Source of the DNA: Calditrichia bacterium
GTDB taxonomy: Bacteria; Calditrichota; Calditrichia; JAJRVZ01
Length of the DNA: 64,000 nucleotides
NCBI GenBank assembly: GCA_963777955.1
Contig: CAVZSQ010000022.1
Location: 512,001 to 576,000, forward strand
Reading direction: 5' to 3'
In this document: positions 42,850 to 52,148 of the stretch, piece by piece
Layout: every line of letters starts with the position of its first letter
Position numbering within the stretch: position 1 is the first letter of the stretch
Notes under the pieces: generated by a model
The model's input: only the letters and a program-made list of their open reading frames with translations
The model's database searches: none
Told to the model about the DNA's origin: nothing
Translations under genes and position numbers: made by a program

Positions 42850-42971
42850 ACCGTTTTTTACCAACATATATGACTATCGGGAGATTGAGATCATTTTTCG
42901 CCATAGCCCCGGTCAGAGTTATAGATTTTAAAATCGTTTCGGTACTACTAATATAGAGGCATGATACAGCA

Positions 42972-43349
42972 ATGGAAAACTATCATGAAAAAAGAAAATT
43001 TAAACGTGCATTATTCACTTCGGATGATAAGGTCATTGGTCTTTTCACCCTGGCCCGCCGGCCTGAAAAAATCATTACCGGGACAGTGCTCAATCTGAGC
43101 CTGGGGGGAATCTATTTCACCATTGATGCCAACCGGGCTATCATTCCTGTGACCGGCGATCAAATTGTACTGATGCAAATTAAAGCTCCGCAGTCACTCA
43201 GTTTTTTAGTAAATATTGACGCGGAAATAAAATGGGTATTCGGTCCTGAAATGTTAAAATTTATCGGTGTGGGATGTGAATTTATTAATATACCGGAATT
43301 AAGCAGGAAACAATTAAACAACTTTGTAGACGATTGGCATGAAAAATAA
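42972..43349 (+). CDS. PilZ-domain protein (c-di-GMP receptor fold)
   Basis: EKRKFKR (RxxxR), NLSLGG (D/NxSxxG) and GCEF. Confidence 0.85.
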   Translation: MENYHEKRKFKRALFTSDDKVIGLFTLARRPEKIITGTVLNLSLGGIYFTIDANRAIIPVTGDQIVLMQIKAPQSLSFLVNIDAEIKWVFGPEMLKFIGVGCEFINIPELSRKQLNNFVDDWHEK

Positions 43350-43350
43350 A

Positions 43351-43379
43351 TTGAATGATAGGATGATAATTTATATATT
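43351..43379 (+). promoter_or_regulatory. Putative sigma70 promoter (TTGAAT-17-TATATT) for the flotillin-aspC-pckA-ndk operon
   Basis: 17-bp spacer, about 140 nt upstream of the flotillin ATG (RBS AGGAGG). Confidence 0.45.
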
Positions 43380-43521
43380 CGAAAAATTCTGCATGATCGT
43401 TATCTCGGCAGATGGTTACTACCCATTGGGATCATAGGTCAGGTGACCGATTTTACTGAATCGGCAGGGTAAAGTTTGTGTAATCTTGCTTTTTTTATAG
43501 TTGAATAATCAGGAGGCTTGA

Positions 43522-44919
43522 ATGGATTGGCTTACTATTTTAATCATTGGCGGAATTGTCCTGGTGGTACTGGGTTTATTAGTTGTACTGCTGCGCCTGC
43601 AATACATGCGGGTTGGACCAAATGAGATTTTGATTGTTTCCGGTGGCAGGAAGAACATAATCACTTTGCCGGATGGCTCCACAAAAGAAATAGGATTCCG
43701 GTATAAAATCGGCGGCGGCGCCTTTGTAAATCCGCTGACCAAGCGCGCGGAAAAAATGCTTATTGAAGTTATCCCGGTTCAATTCAAGAGTCCTGTGTGG
43801 AGAACCCAAAATGGTATTCCGATCATAGCTGAATATGCAGCCCAGGTGAGTGTCAATATCTCTGATTATGCTCTCTATCTGGCGATTACCCATTTTCTCA
43901 GTAGCGGCCGGGAAGGCATACAGGCTGTGGCCAGCACTATTTTAGAAGGAAGAGTGCGTGAGGTAATCGGTACCATGACAGTAGAACAAATTCTATCGGA
44001 ACGTAAAGAATTCACCGAGAAGGTCTTCCAGGGTGTGCAGATGGATTTGAATAACCTGGGTTTGATCATGCAGTCTTTTGCCCTGGAAGATGTGAATGAT
44101 ACGCAGGGGTATATTGAGGCCTTGAGTAAGCCGCAGGTCGCGGCCGCCAAGTATGAAGCCGTCATGGATCAATCGGAAAAAGATAAGGAAATTGCCATAC
44201 GCCTCGCCCAGGTCAAGAAAGAAAGCGAAATTGCCCGTCTGCAGGCTGATGCAGAAGTTGCCGCGAAATCCTGGGAAAATGAAATCAAAAAAGCTGAATT
44301 ACAGGTGAACGTAAATCAGAAACGCGCTCATGCCGACATGGCTTATGAATTGGCACGCTTTAAAATTCAGCAGGATTTGACCAAAGAACAATACGCGGTC
44401 AAAAAAGTCGAGATGCAGGAAACGACCAAACTGGAAGAGATGAATATCGAGAAGAAACAAAAAGAACTGGATGCCAATGTGATCAAGCCATCGGAAGCCC
44501 GGAAAAAACAGGTTATGGCTGAAGCGGATGCCGAAAGTTACAGAATCCTCACTGAATCCAAAGGAAAAATGGAAGCGAAAAAAGCCGAAGATGCAGCCGA
44601 AGCAGAAAGAATAAGACTGATCGGGCAGGCAGAGGCAGAATCGTTAGCCAGCCGGGCCAAAGCTTATGAAAAGTATAACCAGGCGGCGCTTTATGAAAGA
44701 ACTCTGGATAAATTACCGGAATTGGCTAAAAATATAGCCGAGCCGCTTTCAAAATTGGATAAGATCGTGATGATTGCAAGTGATGGGAAATTGGGCACCA
44801 GTAAGATCACCGGACAGGTAACAGAAATCCTGGCTCAGTTGCCCGAAGTAGTCCAGGCCCTGACCGGTGTCGATCTGAAAAAATTCATGAAGGATAAATT
44901 GAACAAAGATGAGAAGTAA
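43522..44919 (+). CDS. Flotillin-like SPFH/band-7 protein
   Basis: N-terminal TM; PNEILIVSG, LEGRVREVIGTMTVE, DLNNLGL and GYIEAL; AE-rich coiled coil; AEPLSKLDKI. Confidence 0.92.
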   Translation: MDWLTILIIGGIVLVVLGLLVVLLRLQYMRVGPNEILIVSGGRKNIITLPDGSTKEIGFRYKIGGGAFVNPLTKRAEKMLIEVIPVQFKSPVWRTQNGIPIIAEYAAQVSVNISDYALYLAITHFLSSGREGIQAVASTILEGRVREVIGTMTVEQILSERKEFTEKVFQGVQMDLNNLGLIMQSFALEDVNDTQGYIEALSKPQVAAAKYEAVMDQSEKDKEIAIRLAQVKKESEIARLQADAEVAAKSWENEIKKAELQVNVNQKRAHADMAYELARFKIQQDLTKEQYAVKKVEMQETTKLEEMNIEKKQKELDANVIKPSEARKKQVMAEADAESYRILTESKGKMEAKKAEDAAEAERIRLIGQAEAESLASRAKAYEKYNQAALYERTLDKLPELAKNIAEPLSKLDKIVMIASDGKLGTSKITGQVTEILAQLPEVVQALTGVDLKKFMKDKLNKDEK

Positions 44920-44967
44920 TAATAATAGCTGAATCAGCCAGGCAAACATTAATTCACGGAGTGTATC

Positions 44968-47299
44968 TTGAGTTCGGATCGAATTAAACATATCAGTACG
45001 TCGCCCACCCTCAAAATTGCCGCCAAAGCGATTATGATGAAACGGGAGAAAATTGACGTAGTAGATTTCAGTGTCGGCGAACCGGATTTTCCCACACCGC
45101 AAAATATAAAAGATGCCGCCAAGCGTGCTATCGACAGCAACTTTACCAAATATACCGCCAATGACGGAATAATTGAACTGCGCCAGGCTATTGCCAGGAA
45201 GTTTAAAGAAGATAATCAGCTGGATTATGCACTGAATCAGATCATCGTTTCCACCGGTGCCAAGCAATCCCTGCTGAATGTGGTGCTCAGTCTGGTTAAT
45301 CCGGGGGATGAGGTCATTATCCCGGCTCCTTACTGGGTTTCCTATCCGGAAATGGTAATTCTGGCGGAAGGAAAACCGGTGTTTGTCCCGACCAGTGAAG
45401 AAAATGCTTTTAAATTGACCCCGGAGCAACTGCAGCAAAATATTTCAGCCAGTACCCGCGCCCTCATTCTTTGCTCGCCTTCAAATCCGACCGGTGCGGC
45501 TTACAGCCGCTCAGAGTTGGAAGCGCTGGCGGAGGTGATCGTCAGCGAGGACATCTGGATTATTGCCGATGAGGTTTATGAGAAACTGGTTTATGATGAT
45601 TTCAAATTCACCAGTATCGCAGTCTATCAGTTCGAAACTGAAAGAGAAAACCATCGTGGTTAACGGTGTCTCCAAGGCATACAGCATGACCGGCTGGCGG
45701 ATAGGGTATGCAGCCGGGGACCGGGAAATTATTGAGGGTGCCAGCAAGATTCAAAGCCATAGCACGTCCAACCCTTCATCAGTATCCCAGTATGCCAGCC
45801 TGGAAGCCCTGAGCGGACCTCAATATGAGATTTCCAGAATGCGTACTGAGTTTGAAAAAAGAAGAAATTATGTCTTGTATAAACTGGGTACCATACCGGG
45901 AGTTACCTGTGTCAAACCGGAAGGGGCCTTTTATGTCTTCCCGAACATATCATCTTATTTTGGCAAAGAACATGCGGGTACGCTGATCCGCAATTCGTAT
46001 GGACTGGCCTATTATCTGTTAAAAGAGGCAAAAGTAACTCTGGTTCCCGGTGCTGCTTTCGGTTCGGACGAGCATATCCGGATATCGTATGCGACTTCCA
46101 TGGCCAACCTGGAAAAGGGCATGGAACGGATAGCAACTGCTCTGGGCAAATTGAAAACACCCATGAAGGTAAAGGGGATTCAACTGGCTAATACACGGAC
46201 CCGGGTACAGAAAAAAGTCACGATTGAATCTGCTTTGAATGCCGAGAAGCGCGAAGCCCTGGTTGCCGAAGCCGAAGCACAGTTGAAGTATGAAAATTAT
46301 TATGAATGGAATGCCAATATAAATGGTTTAATAATTCAGTTGCGCACCAATAACCGGCACCTTTATGATTTCTGGATCGAGAACTGGTATCCTTCGCAAC
46401 TGGAGGCCGACCTGGAACCTCACGGTATCATCTATGCCGTTGATGGAGCGGTGGGCCGGGAATCCTACGGCTTTTACAGCGCCGAAACAAGCACCGGCAT
46501 CCTGTTCAATACGGATCTGTACAGTTCCGTGCGTTCGCTGGCCCTGGCCATGGTCACCGATATCGGAGAACGGCTGTTTGATTTGCATGCGATCCGGGGG
46601 ATGACCGGTGATTATCAGGGCAGCGGTTTTGCCTTGATGGGCCCCAAGGGGACAAAAAAGAATGAGTTGTTTTTCGAATTACTGCGTTCCGACCAGGTGG
46701 CCTGGCATTCCACCGACCTGGCTTTTGCACGCTATGGCGGAGGAATTGCGGCCGCTGATCTGCCTGAACGTAAATTATACCTGATGACTTACGCAGCAAC
46801 CTTGTATGAAAAATTGATCCCGTTATTTGAACGCAGCAGATGTGAAAATGTCATTATCAATAAAGAAGACTGCAAACACAGCAACTGTCCCGATGCTGAG
46901 GAATGCCTGCTGGATAAAGGATTTCCGTACTGTTTCCAGGCATCGAGGGATTCCTATGCGCTGGTCGATCCCTACTGGTTGGGAGGCATGCAAAAGCATG
47001 TTAAACGGATCGATCTGCGGACAGTTTTTATTCTGAGAAATGAACCGGTCGGAGAAATAATCAAAAAACTGGATGCCCAGGAAGCGGTGCAGATCCTGGA
47101 GAGCGGTCTGTCCAGGGATAGCGGCAACCAGCCGTTTTATAATCCCCATTTAATCCTGAAAACACCGGAACGACTGGCGGTGCAGCGCAGATTATTCGAA
47201 CGCCTGTTCCAATCGGCCAAATGTTTTCTGGTCAATACCGGTAAAGCCCCGGTGGATGAGATAAGTCAGCAAATCATACACGCTATACAGAAGGGTTAA
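44968..47299 (+). CDS. Class I PLP aspartate aminotransferase fused to a C-terminal degenerate PEPCK-fold domain (~776 aa after removing one extra base near 45622)
   Basis: GEPDF, GAKQ, PYWVSY, SPSNPTG and DEVYE; after the shift SKAYSMTGWRIG, GAFYVF and IRISYA; then about 380 further residues in frame with PEPCK-like motifs (ENV, PFYNPH, LVNTG). Confidence 0.85.
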
Positions 47300-47309
47300 A
47301 ATTCAAATT

Positions 47310-49148
47310 ATGGCTACAGCAAATTATAATATCGAACAATATAAAAAATTCTATCAGGAGTTAATCCCGCTGTTAAAGGGTCCCAATATCAAAACCGTTG
47401 ATTTGGACTGGTTAGAATCTCATTCCCGTGCCTTCGGCAATAAAACCAAATATGGTTCTTATATCTGGTCGTCCAAGGTCTCCAGCCGCCTGGCTGAGAA
47501 GACGGTATATCTTGGCAGCGAACCGGTGCGCCTGGCCAATCCGAGCGATGTGCAGGTCAACCTGGTAAATCAGGCGCCGGCACAACTGGAAAAGGTATTG
47601 CACTGGATTAAAACTCTGCCGTTCGTACATATCCGGCGGCAAATGGGCTGGAATAGTTATTTTAATCCCATCTGTGATTTCTATGTGAGTACGGTTGATC
47701 CCAAAAATGTCCGGCTGGCCTATATGTGGGCCAGTTTACTCTTTGAACCGTCCAACCGGCCCGGACCAAATTTTATCATGCTGCACATTCCCGAAGAACA
47801 TACCATGCGTATGCAGATTTTATCCCTGCCGGAGCAAAACCTGAATATCGCCATGGGTACCGATTATCTGGGGGAGGATAAAAAAGGATTTTTGCGCCAG
47901 GGAATGTGGAGTGCCGATGGCGAAGGAATGCTCGGGTTGCATTCCGGGACCAAAATTGTAACCGTGCGGGATGCTGTGGATAATAAATTGAAGCACTATG
48001 GCGTATTCATGTTCGGCATGACGGCTACGGGCAAATCGACCTGGTCCTGCCATCAAATAGGTCTGGATCCCCGCCATGGTGAAAAAACCGAAGTATATCA
48101 GGATGATATTGTTTTTTTGCGTTCGGACGGTTCGGCCCTGGGGAGTGAAAATAATTTTTATGTCAAGACCGATGTGATCCCCGATCAGCAGGAAGCCATG
48201 TATTATGCACTGACTGATAAAAGTGCCTTACTGGAAAATGTCATGTTTTCGGCCAATGGGGAAATAGATTTCCTGGATGAAAGCCTGTGCGGTAACGGCC
48301 GGTCTGTGGTGTTCCGGGATAAATTGCGGGTGAAGCGGGATGGGAAGCTGATCGGGATAAGTACAAACTCCATAAATTTACCGACCCTGGATGATATGGA
48401 TGGTTTGATCTTTGCATTTATCACCCGCAGAAACACGATCATGCCCTTTGCCCAGGAACTTACTCCACAGCAGGGGATATTAGCCTATTTGTGGGGAGAA
48501 ACCACCCATAGTTTTGCTTCTTCTCCGGAGAAAGCAGGGGAATCTGTGCGGGTGGTAGGAACAGACGACTTCATCATCGGGCCGCGCGGGCATAAAGTCA
48601 ACAAATTTTACGACATTGTAAATTCCCTCATCGAAAAATATCCCCAGAAGATAAAATTCATGATGTACAATACCGGTGGTATCGGCGAGATAATTGAAAT
48701 CAAGCAGGAAAACGGGACCAAGAAAAAGAATCTGATTCGTAAGACCAGTCGTGTACCGATCACGCTGATGGCGGCGATACAGCGCGGCGACCTGAGAAGA
48801 AGTAACAGTTATGAAAAAGGGTTGCTGGGGACCCGGTCATTAGTGAAGGTGGAGGGGAAGGATCTGGCCGATTACGATTTGAGTAAATTTTATAGCCAGG
48901 AGCAAATCGATTATTATTTGAAAGACCTGGTGGAAGGCCGGAAAAAACATACGGAATTAATCGCAGCCGAAGGATTACGGTCCGAAATCATTCGCGATGC
49001 AGAACGGTCATATCAAATCGACCGGACGCGAAGCAAGACCTTCCAGGCTGCTTACAGCGGAAAGCCGGAAAAACAACCGGTGGTACTGGTTAAATCCGAC
49101 GAACCGGTGAGTCGCCCCCGTCGTCCGGGTGTCTGGCACTGGCGGTAG
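47310..49148 (+). CDS. pckA: Phosphoenolpyruvate carboxykinase (ATP), divergent type
   Basis: Motifs TDYLGEDKKG, LHSG, P-loop GMTATGKST, QDD, ENV, NGR and YNTGG. Confidence 0.85.
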   Translation: MATANYNIEQYKKFYQELIPLLKGPNIKTVDLDWLESHSRAFGNKTKYGSYIWSSKVSSRLAEKTVYLGSEPVRLANPSDVQVNLVNQAPAQLEKVLHWIKTLPFVHIRRQMGWNSYFNPICDFYVSTVDPKNVRLAYMWASLLFEPSNRPGPNFIMLHIPEEHTMRMQILSLPEQNLNIAMGTDYLGEDKKGFLRQGMWSADGEGMLGLHSGTKIVTVRDAVDNKLKHYGVFMFGMTATGKSTWSCHQIGLDPRHGEKTEVYQDDIVFLRSDGSALGSENNFYVKTDVIPDQQEAMYYALTDKSALLENVMFSANGEIDFLDESLCGNGRSVVFRDKLRVKRDGKLIGISTNSINLPTLDDMDGLIFAFITRRNTIMPFAQELTPQQGILAYLWGETTHSFASSPEKAGESVRVVGTDDFIIGPRGHKVNKFYDIVNSLIEKYPQKIKFMMYNTGGIGEIIEIKQENGTKKKNLIRKTSRVPITLMAAIQRGDLRRSNSYEKGLLGTRSLVKVEGKDLADYDLSKFYSQEQIDYYLKDLVEGRKKHTELIAAEGLRSEIIRDAERSYQIDRTRSKTFQAAYSGKPEKQPVVLVKSDEPVSRPRRPGVWHWR

Positions 49149-49174
49149 CAGCGGGTTACTAAGGGGAAAAGGAG

Positions 49175-49588
49175 ATGGAACAGACTCTGGCGATCATCAA
49201 ACCGGATGCGGTTTCAGACCGATTAATGGGTGAAATTATCCGGCGCCTGGAAAACGAGCATATCCGGATTGTGGCGATGCGCCTGGAAAAATTGGATCAG
49301 CGGCGGGCCGAAGGATTTTATTATATTCATCGCAGCAAACCGTTTTTTGCCTCGCTGATAAAATATATGACTTCCGGGCCGGTGCTGATCATGGTTTTAC
49401 AGGGGGCGGAGATTATCAAGCGCTGGCGGGATCTAATGGGCACTACCAATCCGGCGCAGGCAGGCCGGGGCACAATCCGGGGTGATTTTGGCAATGATAT
49501 TGAACGCAATGTGGTACACGGGTCAGACTCTAAAGATTCCGCAGTCTATGAAATCAATTATTTTTTTAAAGGCAGTGAGATATATTAA
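49175..49588 (+). CDS. ndk: Nucleoside diphosphate kinase
   Basis: Motifs IIKPDA, YMTSGP, GTIRGDF and NVVHGSDS. Confidence 0.97.
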   Translation: MEQTLAIIKPDAVSDRLMGEIIRRLENEHIRIVAMRLEKLDQRRAEGFYYIHRSKPFFASLIKYMTSGPVLIMVLQGAEIIKRWRDLMGTTNPAQAGRGTIRGDFGNDIERNVVHGSDSKDSAVYEINYFFKGSEIY

Positions 49589-49623
49589 GTATTATCCCGA
49601 GCATATAAAATAATATTTTTAAC

Positions 49624-50052
49624 TCAGAAACTCCGGCGTATTTTTTTCCACAATCCCGAACCGATCATATTATTTGCGGTCAGCAGTATATTCTTGATTA
49701 CGGTCAGAATATCCTGACTGCCGGCCCAATGTTCGCGTACAATGCCGGCGTCAATCTCATTGATATACTTATTGAGAATATAGGCGCTCAGGGCGATATC
49801 ATCCAGATAACCGATTGCGCCTAAAAACATTTCAGGCAAAAAATCAAGAGGAGTGACGAAATAGGCGATCACCGCCAGAAATTTTAACTTGGTCGTGCCG
49901 GATACCCGTTTATCGACACTCAGTTTAACCAGCAGATGAAACAGATCAGGCGCCAGCAAGAGAATATCGCCGTATTTTACATGATGCGTTTCCAGATAAG
50001 TATTAATTTTATTGCGCAACTTAATATAAAAATCTTGTTGTTGGGCATCCAT
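49624..50052 (-). CDS. DUF1232/YkvA family membrane protein
   Basis: Motif AYFVTPLDFLPE..GYLDD. Confidence 0.85.
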   Translation of the reverse strand: MDAQQQDFYIKLRNKINTYLETHHVKYGDILLLAPDLFHLLVKLSVDKRVSGTTKLKFLAVIAYFVTPLDFLPEMFLGAIGYLDDIALSAYILNKYINEIDAGIVREHWAGSQDILTVIKNILLTANNMIGSGLWKKIRRSF

Positions 50053-50265
50053 AATTTTACCTACCAGACCTGGTTAATTATTATAGTTTCCTGTCTATGC
50101 TAATGTATATTGAGCTTAACCCCATGATATTTATTAAATTAGAGGATTACACTGATCTTACTCGCTGTATGGGAACTTCTCGGATTCATTTGAATTTACT
50201 TATTTTTTCTTTCTTTAACTTAGAATAAAAAAAGATTATTGTTTTTGCAAGTGATTTAAAAGTAC

Positions 50266-50294
50266 TTGCTTGTTTTTGTTCAAGATATTAAATT
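50266..50294 (+). promoter_or_regulatory. Putative sigma70 promoter of rplM (TTGCTT-17-TAAATT)
   Basis: 17-bp spacer, AT-rich upstream region and GGAGG RBS downstream. Confidence 0.5.
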
Positions 50295-50328
50295 CAATGC
50301 TCGATTTTTATAAATCTGGAGGTCGGTT

Positions 50329-50769
50329 TTGAAAACATATATTGCCAAAGAAGACGAAATCAAGGCGGCACAGAAATGGTACGTGGTCGATGCCACCGAT
50401 CTGATTCTGGGGCGGATGGCCAGTCGTGTGGCGGCGGTACTTAAAGGCAAGCACAAGCCCATTTATTCTCCGCACCAGGATACGGGGGATTTCGTGGTGG
50501 TTATCAATGCAGAAAAAGTAAAGTTTACCGGAAATAAACTGAAAACCAAGATCTATTTAAGATATACCGGATATCCAGGTGGTCAGCGGGCAACGGCACT
50601 GGGTGATATGATGCAAAAAGATCCCCGTAAAGTAGTAGAACTGGCGGTAAAACGGATGCTGCCCAAGAATGCTCTGGGTCGTCAGATGTTCAGAAAACTT
50701 AAAGTGTACTCGGGTTCCGCTCATCCACATGTTGCCCAGAAACCTGAAGCACTGACCTTAAATCTGTAA
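50329..50769 (+). CDS. rplM: 50S ribosomal protein L13
   Basis: Motifs WYVVDA..LGR, GKHKP, GDFVVVINA and HPHVAQKP. Confidence 0.98.
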   Translation: MKTYIAKEDEIKAAQKWYVVDATDLILGRMASRVAAVLKGKHKPIYSPHQDTGDFVVVINAEKVKFTGNKLKTKIYLRYTGYPGGQRATALGDMMQKDPRKVVELAVKRMLPKNALGRQMFRKLKVYSGSAHPHVAQKPEALTLNL

Positions 50770-50773
50770 GGAG

Positions 50774-51166
50774 ATGGTGATGGAGAGATACGTTGCGACC
50801 GGTCGCAGAAAAAATGCAGTGGCTCGCGTCTACATGCTGCCGGGTGATGGAAAAATCAGTATAAACGGAAAAAATCTGATTGATTATTTTCGCCGTGAAA
50901 CTCTGAAGATGGATATTGAACAACCATTGGTGCTTACCGATTCCTTCGGAAAATTTGATTTCAAGATTACGGTTAGCGGCGGCGGATTAAGCGGGCAGGC
51001 TGGTGCGGTTCGTCTGGGTATCGCCCGGGCCTTATTGTTGTACAGTGAAGATTTCCGCAGTATCCTGCGTAAAGGAGGATTGCTGACCCGTGACCCGCGC
51101 GAAAAAGAACGCCGCAAATATGGTTTGGCCAAAGCCCGCAAGCGTTACCAGTTCAGTAAGCGATAA
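50774..51166 (+). CDS. rpsI: 30S ribosomal protein S9
   Basis: Motifs TGRRKNAVARV, GGGLSGQAGA and QFSKR. Confidence 0.98.
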   Translation: MVMERYVATGRRKNAVARVYMLPGDGKISINGKNLIDYFRRETLKMDIEQPLVLTDSFGKFDFKITVSGGGLSGQAGAVRLGIARALLLYSEDFRSILRKGGLLTRDPREKERRKYGLAKARKRYQFSKR

Positions 51167-51251
51167 TTATTATTCGTCGTCGCAGACCTCCGCTCAGATC
51201 GGGAGGTTTTATTAAATACATTAGTTCCCGGCCGCAGCTGGCCGGGGATAT

Positions 51252-51331
51252 CACACACACCGGTTAAGCTCGTTCAGGGGTCTTATCACTGTATAAGCCT
51301 GACGGGAATTGAAACCGGTGGAGGAATAACC
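51252..51331 (+). promoter_or_regulatory. rpsB 5' leader (S2 autoregulatory RNA-like)
   Basis: CACACACACCGGTT...AACCGGTGGAGGAATAACC closing stem resembles the conserved rpsB leader architecture (CACAC...GTGGAGGCATAACC). Confidence 0.65.
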
Positions 51332-51347
51332 AATCAAAGGAGTTTTT

Positions 51348-52121
51348 ATGTCTCGAGTATCTTTAGAAACCCTGCTCGCTGCCGGATCCCATTTTGGACA
51401 TCTTACTCGCCGCTGGAATCCTAAAATGAAGGAATTCATTTTTATGGAGAAGAACGGCATTCATATCCTTGATCTTAAAAAAACCCAGGACAAAATTGAT
51501 AAGGCCTGCGATGCTGTGAGGAAAATTGTGGAAGAGGGGGAAGATGTACTGTTCGTAGGTACAAAGAAACAATCCAAGGAAATTATCCGGACCGAAGCCC
51601 AGCGCTGCGGGATGTTTTATATTACCGATCGCTGGTTAGGGGGTACTTTAACCAATTTCGGCACCATCCGTAAATCGGTAAAGCATATGAAAAATTTGGA
51701 AAAAATGGGCAATGACGGGACTTACGAGAAAATTACCAAGAAAGAAGTATTGCACATTGAGCGTGAAAAAGGAAAGATGAAGAAAGTACTGGATGGTGTG
51801 GAGGAGATGAAAAAACTGCCCGGAGTGGTTTTTATCGTTGATACTAAAAAAGAACAGATTGCAGTGAATGAAGCACGCAAACTGAACATCCCGATCATCG
51901 CTATCGTTGATACCAATTCTGATCCTACCATAATCGATTTTCCGATACCGGCTAATGATGATGCGGCCAGAAGCATCAGCATTATCAGTCGCACCTTAGC
52001 CGACGCGATCATCGAAGGTCGCCAGCAGGTAGTGGATAAACAACCGGATAAAGACGAGAAAGTGGTCGTCGAGGAAAAACCAGAAATCGTCGACCAGAAT
52101 ATTGAAGACGAGGAAAAATAA
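51348..52121 (+). CDS. rpsB: 30S ribosomal protein S2
   Basis: Motifs HFGH..RWNPKM, FVGTKKQ, RWLGGTLTN and PANDD. Confidence 0.98.
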   Translation: MSRVSLETLLAAGSHFGHLTRRWNPKMKEFIFMEKNGIHILDLKKTQDKIDKACDAVRKIVEEGEDVLFVGTKKQSKEIIRTEAQRCGMFYITDRWLGGTLTNFGTIRKSVKHMKNLEKMGNDGTYEKITKKEVLHIEREKGKMKKVLDGVEEMKKLPGVVFIVDTKKEQIAVNEARKLNIPIIAIVDTNSDPTIIDFPIPANDDAARSISIISRTLADAIIEGRQQVVDKQPDKDEKVVVEEKPEIVDQNIEDEEK

Positions 52122-52148
52122 TACATTTCGTTATTAAGGAGTAATACC

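Noticed and set aside
45600..45663. Programmed ribosomal frameshift in the aminotransferase
   Set aside because: No slippery heptamer or stimulatory structure is evident, the break splits the PLP domain before the catalytic Lys, and similar indels occur throughout the window.
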